Assembly: GCA_002633005.1 (NCBI GenBank)
Contig: NMRA01000015.1
Coordinates: forward strand, 613,239 to 677,238
Direction: 5' to 3'
Length of the DNA stretch: 64,000 nt
Source: Phoronis australis
Lineage: Eukaryota > Animalia > Phoronida
Below, one piece after another: positions 58,208 through 64,000 of this stretch (positions are counted from its first letter, which is position 1; every line of letters starts with the position of its first letter). Made by a program: the position numbers and the translations under genes. The notes under the pieces were generated by a model. It was not told where the DNA came from. It did no database searches and saw only the letters and a program-made list of their open reading frames with translations.

Positions 58208-61200
58208 CATCATTTGTGCACACGTGACTTTGTTTGTTTTATTATACACCCACATATACTGTACATATGTGAGTGCATGTTGTTGTCATCTCTGTCCGGT
58301 CATCCTGCGTCTGCTGCTGTATCTCCTAAATGCCTTGCAGGATCTTAATGAGATTTGGTAGAAGTGTTTCTATGAAGTAGATGACAGACCGATATGACTA
58401 CTGCTGGTTCCCCCTGGTGGTAATTTTGTTTTTTAATGTTTGCTTCTGAATCTTTGTTGTTTCTTGATGGGTTTTCATGAAATTTAGCAAATAAGTTCCC
58501 ATTTAAGTGGCATAGAATGTGAAAAACACTAAATGTTAATTGCATTATTCAAAGTGCTTCTCTGCCACTAAAATCTGTTAACCAGGTATTTTTGTTCTTA
58601 GATATTTTAAATTTCTGTTGATGTCAAAGCATTTTTCCTGTAGTTTCGAATTTCAAAAATAATTTAAAAATCATCTGTCAGCTGCTCGTCACTTCGGCGA
58701 TTTTTCTTCTACTATGCAAGTCTCCTCATTATTTGGAAAATTTGACCTTTGTTGTAAACAAAACAATTTCAGGCAGCATACAGTTGGGCTTCTTTGAACA
58801 CATGCACGCATACGTATTATAAGGGCGGACAATTTGGTATTAAACTGGGTTGGGATGAAAGAGTTTATATTTCGTCTGTTTCAAAAAAAGAAAAATTGAA
58901 CGATTTTTTCTAGAAATTCTTCCACTGTCCAAAATCATTAACTCTCGCATCCCCATGAAATAGATTTATCAAGATCTGGTGGGAGTTCCACACCTCTGCT
59001 ATTCCATTTTCTGACACATTTATGTATTTTATGCCACCTTGTAGTCAGTTTCGTTGTTTTTGATTCCCGTTTCTTAGCATTCGCCTCTATCTGCTGAACC
59101 ACTCAAAGGATCATTATGAAAATTTGAAGATGTGTTCGTGATGAGAAATCGGCAGATGTTGATTTTAGGATGAGTCACCACATGGTATTACCCCCTAGTG
59201 GTGATTTTTTTTTTTCGTCCATAGCTGAATCTCCTTTCTTTTGAAGAACATTTGTTTTTTTTTTTCGTCCATAGCTGAATCTCCTTTCTTTTGAAGAACG
59301 TTTGTGAAATTAGGCTATTTGTTGCTATGGAGCTGATGACTATAACCAGTTTTGGACCTATTTGAATACTACTGTTCTTTAGTGGCATTTTTTTGCACTT
59401 GCCTGTGGGTTCGAAGTTCAGTGGATTTTCATGAAATTTGTCAAACAGGTTTCCATTATAAAGTAGATGACTCTGTCTTAAGTTTCGGACGAATTCAGTG
59501 TATTTTGCATTGCCTGTGGCCGTTTTTGTTGTTTTTCTGCCATGGGCTCTGCTGAATTGCTCAAAGCATTGTTATTAACATTTGCAGTATTCCTTATGAG
59601 AAAGCCACGTCTGACATTGATTTTCAACCGGGTGTGCTGTGGTGCCTCTATTGGACTTGTTAGGCTGTGTCCCCTTAGGATCTTTGTGACGTTTTGGTTA
59701 GTGTTTTTCTATGAATATGGCAATGGCAGACAACTTGACAGGTCCAATTTATACTTTGTTCCTAGTGGTAATTTTATTTTTTACATTTGCCTTTTTATCT
59801 CCGGAGTTCTTGGACAGTTATGTGAAATTTGGCGAATGGGTTTCATGAAAATTGCCGTGTTCAGACTAACGAGAACATCACCGACGTTGATGGGTCCAAC
59901 TACTGTGGTGTTTCCTAGTTTCATTTTTTACTTCTGCGACTACCGGTATCTCCTTTAACAAGTCTGTTCCTATTTGACAACGGATGACTGGATCCACTAC
60001 ACTGCCTCCCAGTGGAATATGATTTTTTTTTGTTTGGCTCAGTATCATGTGCTACCAATTCTGCGCCATATAGTGGCCATTTTATACTATCCACACCTTA
60101 AAAGCTTGCCATTTGTGGTGCAGTCCTCGGTGCATTTCAACACTTCGTATAGCTCTTTGTTGATGTCAGTACTAAATGTTTGCATCAAACTAGAGGATAA
60201 CATTTTACAAACATTTAATCTGCTTAATATTTCATATAAATGAACGTTAACTTAGTCTAAATATTTAAATACCAACCACGTGCAAAGCCACACTTGTTGA
60301 GTTGTCTGCCCTGAAGCTTGTGATTGGGGTGTTGAGGTTAGCTACATGCATAGAGAACATTTACTTTCACATAAGTATTCAGCAGCAAAACTTCAAAGTC
60401 TTCCTCATTTCTTCTACGTAGTTTGCGGATATGATGGCTTTGCCTAAGCACACGCAGCAAAAACTAAATATGTTCAACATGACAATTTTTACAACATTCA
60501 GTACCAGGCTGTATCATCCAATATCCAAGAAATTTACTTTTCTCCTTTTACTATGATGGAAAAACGAAAAAACGTTCTTAAAAGCATTAATTTGGCATGT
60601 CGCACATTTACATACTTGAGCAATTACATGGAATGAAAAAGTAGTTTGTCCTTCCCATAGTTTAGGTTCAAGATTCCTATTGCATTAAAGAGGTCTACAG
60701 CACAATAATACGGTTAAAACAGCAAAAGAATAATGGAAGGTGTCCTTAACAAAAGTTGACCTTTGACAGTTTATGAAGTTGCTGGACCATTCAGTTTGTA
60801 CAAGAAAAGGACAATTTTATGTTAACGAAAAAGTCAACAGAACTATGCCATTACAATCAAACTTATTGGCAGCTAAATGAACAGACAGCTACAGTAATAC
60901 TGGCTTATGTCTGGCATCATAGATTATAGACAACAGATTTGCAACTCTGACATTTTCATGCGAAATATCCTGGAGGAGGCGTCAGCCTCTAAACATAAAC
61001 TCAGCTTCTGGTTAGTGTATTGAGACGGGGGAAATTTGTCCATCCATTTTACTGTCTAGTACAACCCCATTGACACGCTGTTCAAGGTCTTCCAACAGAA
61101 ATTTTGAGCGACACCGGCATGCATTCGAGTTATAAGAGAAATGTCATGGTGGAGTATATGAACTGCTGTTGACGTGCGAGATTTTGGTTTTTGAGTAGAC

Positions 61201-63080
61201 CTGGTGGTTATTTCTGGAGTATTAAGAAGTTAACGTTTTACAAGCCTTCATTTATTTAAACGCGGATGTGAGTTGGCCAACATCGCCGATCCAATTCCCG
61301 ACGAAGTGACCATGATTAGCAGTCAACATACTTGCTGGAAGTAAAGCGCGCTACGTCTGCCAGGTGTCGCTAGTGAACAATAACGTCAAGCTTAAGATCA
61401 CAGATTTCAATCATTGAAAATATACAGAGTTGGCCATCCATGTACTATAGTTTATGCTGGCATACACAAGTCAGATCTGCACCAAACTTGTTCCAATTGT
61501 ACATTCAACATTTGTGACGTCTTCAGAGAACATCTCTTGATCCAGTAGGATCCAACTAGTGTCCGTTTTACAGTAGTTCCAAAGCACACTTTTACAATCA
61601 TTCCCATTACAAAGCATGAATTAAACAAAGCACATCTTAAAACATGTAAGCATACTGCACCTGGTAATATGAGCGACTTAATATTCATGTACAAAACCTG
61701 TAGATATAACAAACTTTATATAGACATCTGCAGCATGTTGATCAATAACACCTTCTGTGACATACATGAAAATGTAAAAAAGTGCTTATCTTCACTTCAG
61801 CACGGCTGCTACAACTTCCCTAAGGTTTCAATTCCACCAGGAAGTTGAATTGAATATACTAAATGGAAAAGTTCTTCAATTACCTAAGACATGATACCAG
61901 CATGTGCGATGAGACATGATACCAGCATGTGTGATTAGACATGAATCCAGCATGCCTTGACAATTAAAATTAACTTAGTACTGCACAAGATTATGCAATA
62001 AAACTAAAAATTCACAACCTCAAATTCTAATAAACATAATAGGATGCAATTCATTATTTTCAAACAAATTTGACAAAACTACATACTGTGATTTGGATTT
62101 GTCTTTTGCTTGTCATCTGGTAAAGTACCTTTTAAACTTACAAAATATCTACAAAACAGTAACCATGTTTTCTCCCATAGTTCAAATATGCCAAATACAA
62201 GAGCAGCAATTGACAGGTTCGTAGCAAACACCCGTCCTGTAGCGCATATCCAGTACTGAATTGTGACGAAGCTTGTTTATCAGCCAGAACGGAACCACAA
62301 TTACTAGGAAGACTGGAAAAGTGCAAAGATACAGTTGTTACCGAGTCATAGAACAATTACGATGTACTAAATACAATTACAATATGCTGACATTTAGACG
62401 TTAACTTACAAGGGCAACATCAGTAATTGATTAGTTCTATATACATTTCATTTGTATTAAAACAGTTATTTAATATATGCTAGTAAATAAACCAACCAGA
62501 TATGAAGCTGGTACTGTAAATATATTGCAACTTTTTGCTAGTCACAACAGAGGGAGCAATAATTATACATAACTTTCAGACAAAGTTTGGTATTAAATTG
62601 AAATTCAAAATAACCTCCAAGGATAGGTTGGAAATATCTATTAATATCAAATTAGGCAAACTGGCATTGTGTATGCATGGAACACTAATGTATACATGGA
62701 ATACTAGTGTATACCTGGAATACTAGTGTATACATGATATACAACTCAGATTTAAAATAGTGCTAATTATTCAACATTGTTAACACTTTACTCACATGTG
62801 CATAAACCCGAAAATATGCCGGCCGACAATGAGAAGTAGTATAGCTCTGGCGAATAGTTTTGCTGAAAGAGAAATAACAAGTAAAGCTCAGTATCCTCAC
62901 TGTACAAACATGAATTGTAGTGCAATATGCCCACTGTATTATAGTGCCTGGTGTGCTCAATGTATTATAGTGCCATGTGCCCACCGTATTCACTCAGGTT
63001 AACAATCACGGTGTATAAATTTCAAACCTGAAAAATTAGTGTGAAGCAAGCATGGACATTCAAAAGCAAATTTTGGTTGA

Positions 63081-63243
63081 ACAGTTAGGCGCACTGTCAT
63101 ACAGTTAGGCGCACTGTCACGGATATAGGTGCACTGTCACGCAGTTAGGCGCACTACTACGCATTAAGGTTCACTGTCACGCATTTAGGCGCACTGTCAC
63201 ACATTTAGGTGCACTGCAACGCATTCAGGCGCACTGCCACGCA
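63081..63243. repeat. 20-bp tandem repeat x8
   Basis: Unit gcagttaggcgcactgtcac. Confidence 0.9.
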
Positions 63244-63246
63244 AAA

Positions 63247-63815
63247 TCCAGTGGATATAAAAATTCGTGGGTGGTGGTCTTTAGAAAAAAGCTCAAATTA
63301 TGGGTGGTCGTTCTTGTAAGAAGTAATAAAAACATTAAAACTGGGTGGTATTTTTGACCTGTAAATGTTGACAGGTTGGCATTTTCAGGCACACACATCT
63401 CAAAAGAAATCAAAACTCACCATAAATTCACTTGGCAAATAGCCCTACCCAAACATATCCCAAATCAAAAAAAAAAACCATGTTGCTAGTGGACAAAGTG
63501 CACTGTGCCGTTAATCAAGTCATGGGCAACTTCATTACAAGCACATGTTCTACTGCAGTCACATTAGAATGAAAATTTCTGCAACACTAAACTAGTGTTA
63601 TCATGCACATATAAGAAAATTGTTGATTTTTAAATAAAAAGTATGAGGAGTATGATAGACAAGTTCCAATATACACTTGCCATAGCAGTCTAAAAGCGTT
63701 CTTGAGACAGTTTGAGATTCATAGATCCATGAAATTGAAAGAAATCTTATTGAAATTACAGACACGTGGTGATCAGAGACACCTGGTGGCTGCCAAAAGT
63801 ATTGCTCACAGGTGT
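63247..63815 (-). mobile_element. Partial copy of the Harbinger-type MITE at 49563-50354
   Basis: Reverse-complement similarity; both give the pseudo-ORF [12 protein letters not shown]. Confidence 0.75.
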
Positions 63816-64000
63816 CTTTGAAAAGCAACTTTCTGGTAACTGATGAGTTGTGATGTCATATGGAATTTTTCTGCACCCACAAAAACTTTGTAGTCGGTCG
63901 GTCTGTCATTATCATTTCTTGTCCATCAATTATCTCTAAAGTCGCTTGACGGATCATGATGAAATTGTGTATAGAGGTACTTGGCAAGGATGCACCTGCA

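Noticed and set aside
60150-63050. 3' UTR of a minus-strand neighbouring gene
   Set aside because: Composition is suggestive but no coding exon is visible in the window.

Overview
Eukaryotic (invertebrate-type, intron-rich, repeat-rich) draft-assembly DNA with N gaps. Two spliced + strand genes are supported by GT-AG boundaries and continuous reading frames. (1) A 5'-incomplete single-pass membrane protein gene (2087-39621, about 790 visible codons): 13 divergent EGF-like exons, all phase 1-1, then one TSP1 exon and a final TM + acidic/Pro-rich tail exon. (2) A complete 8-exon Y-box/cold-shock-domain gene (45391-57829, 274 aa). Introns hold many transposons: an internally deleted BEL/Pao LTR element with near-identical LTRs, an Academ remnant, three THAP-carrying TTAA (Kolobok-like) elements, a 5-bp-TSD hAT5-like MITE family, HERO-like and Penelope-like retroelement fragments, a 700-bp fold-back, and a Helentron/DINE-1-like family carrying phased CTCF-like motifs. 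The most unusual signals are a 63-bp minisatellite built from an exon's own 3' splice site with the AG lost in four copies, the mobile CTCF-motif arrays, and the EGF13-TSP1-TM architecture. All calls were made by eye, without database searches.
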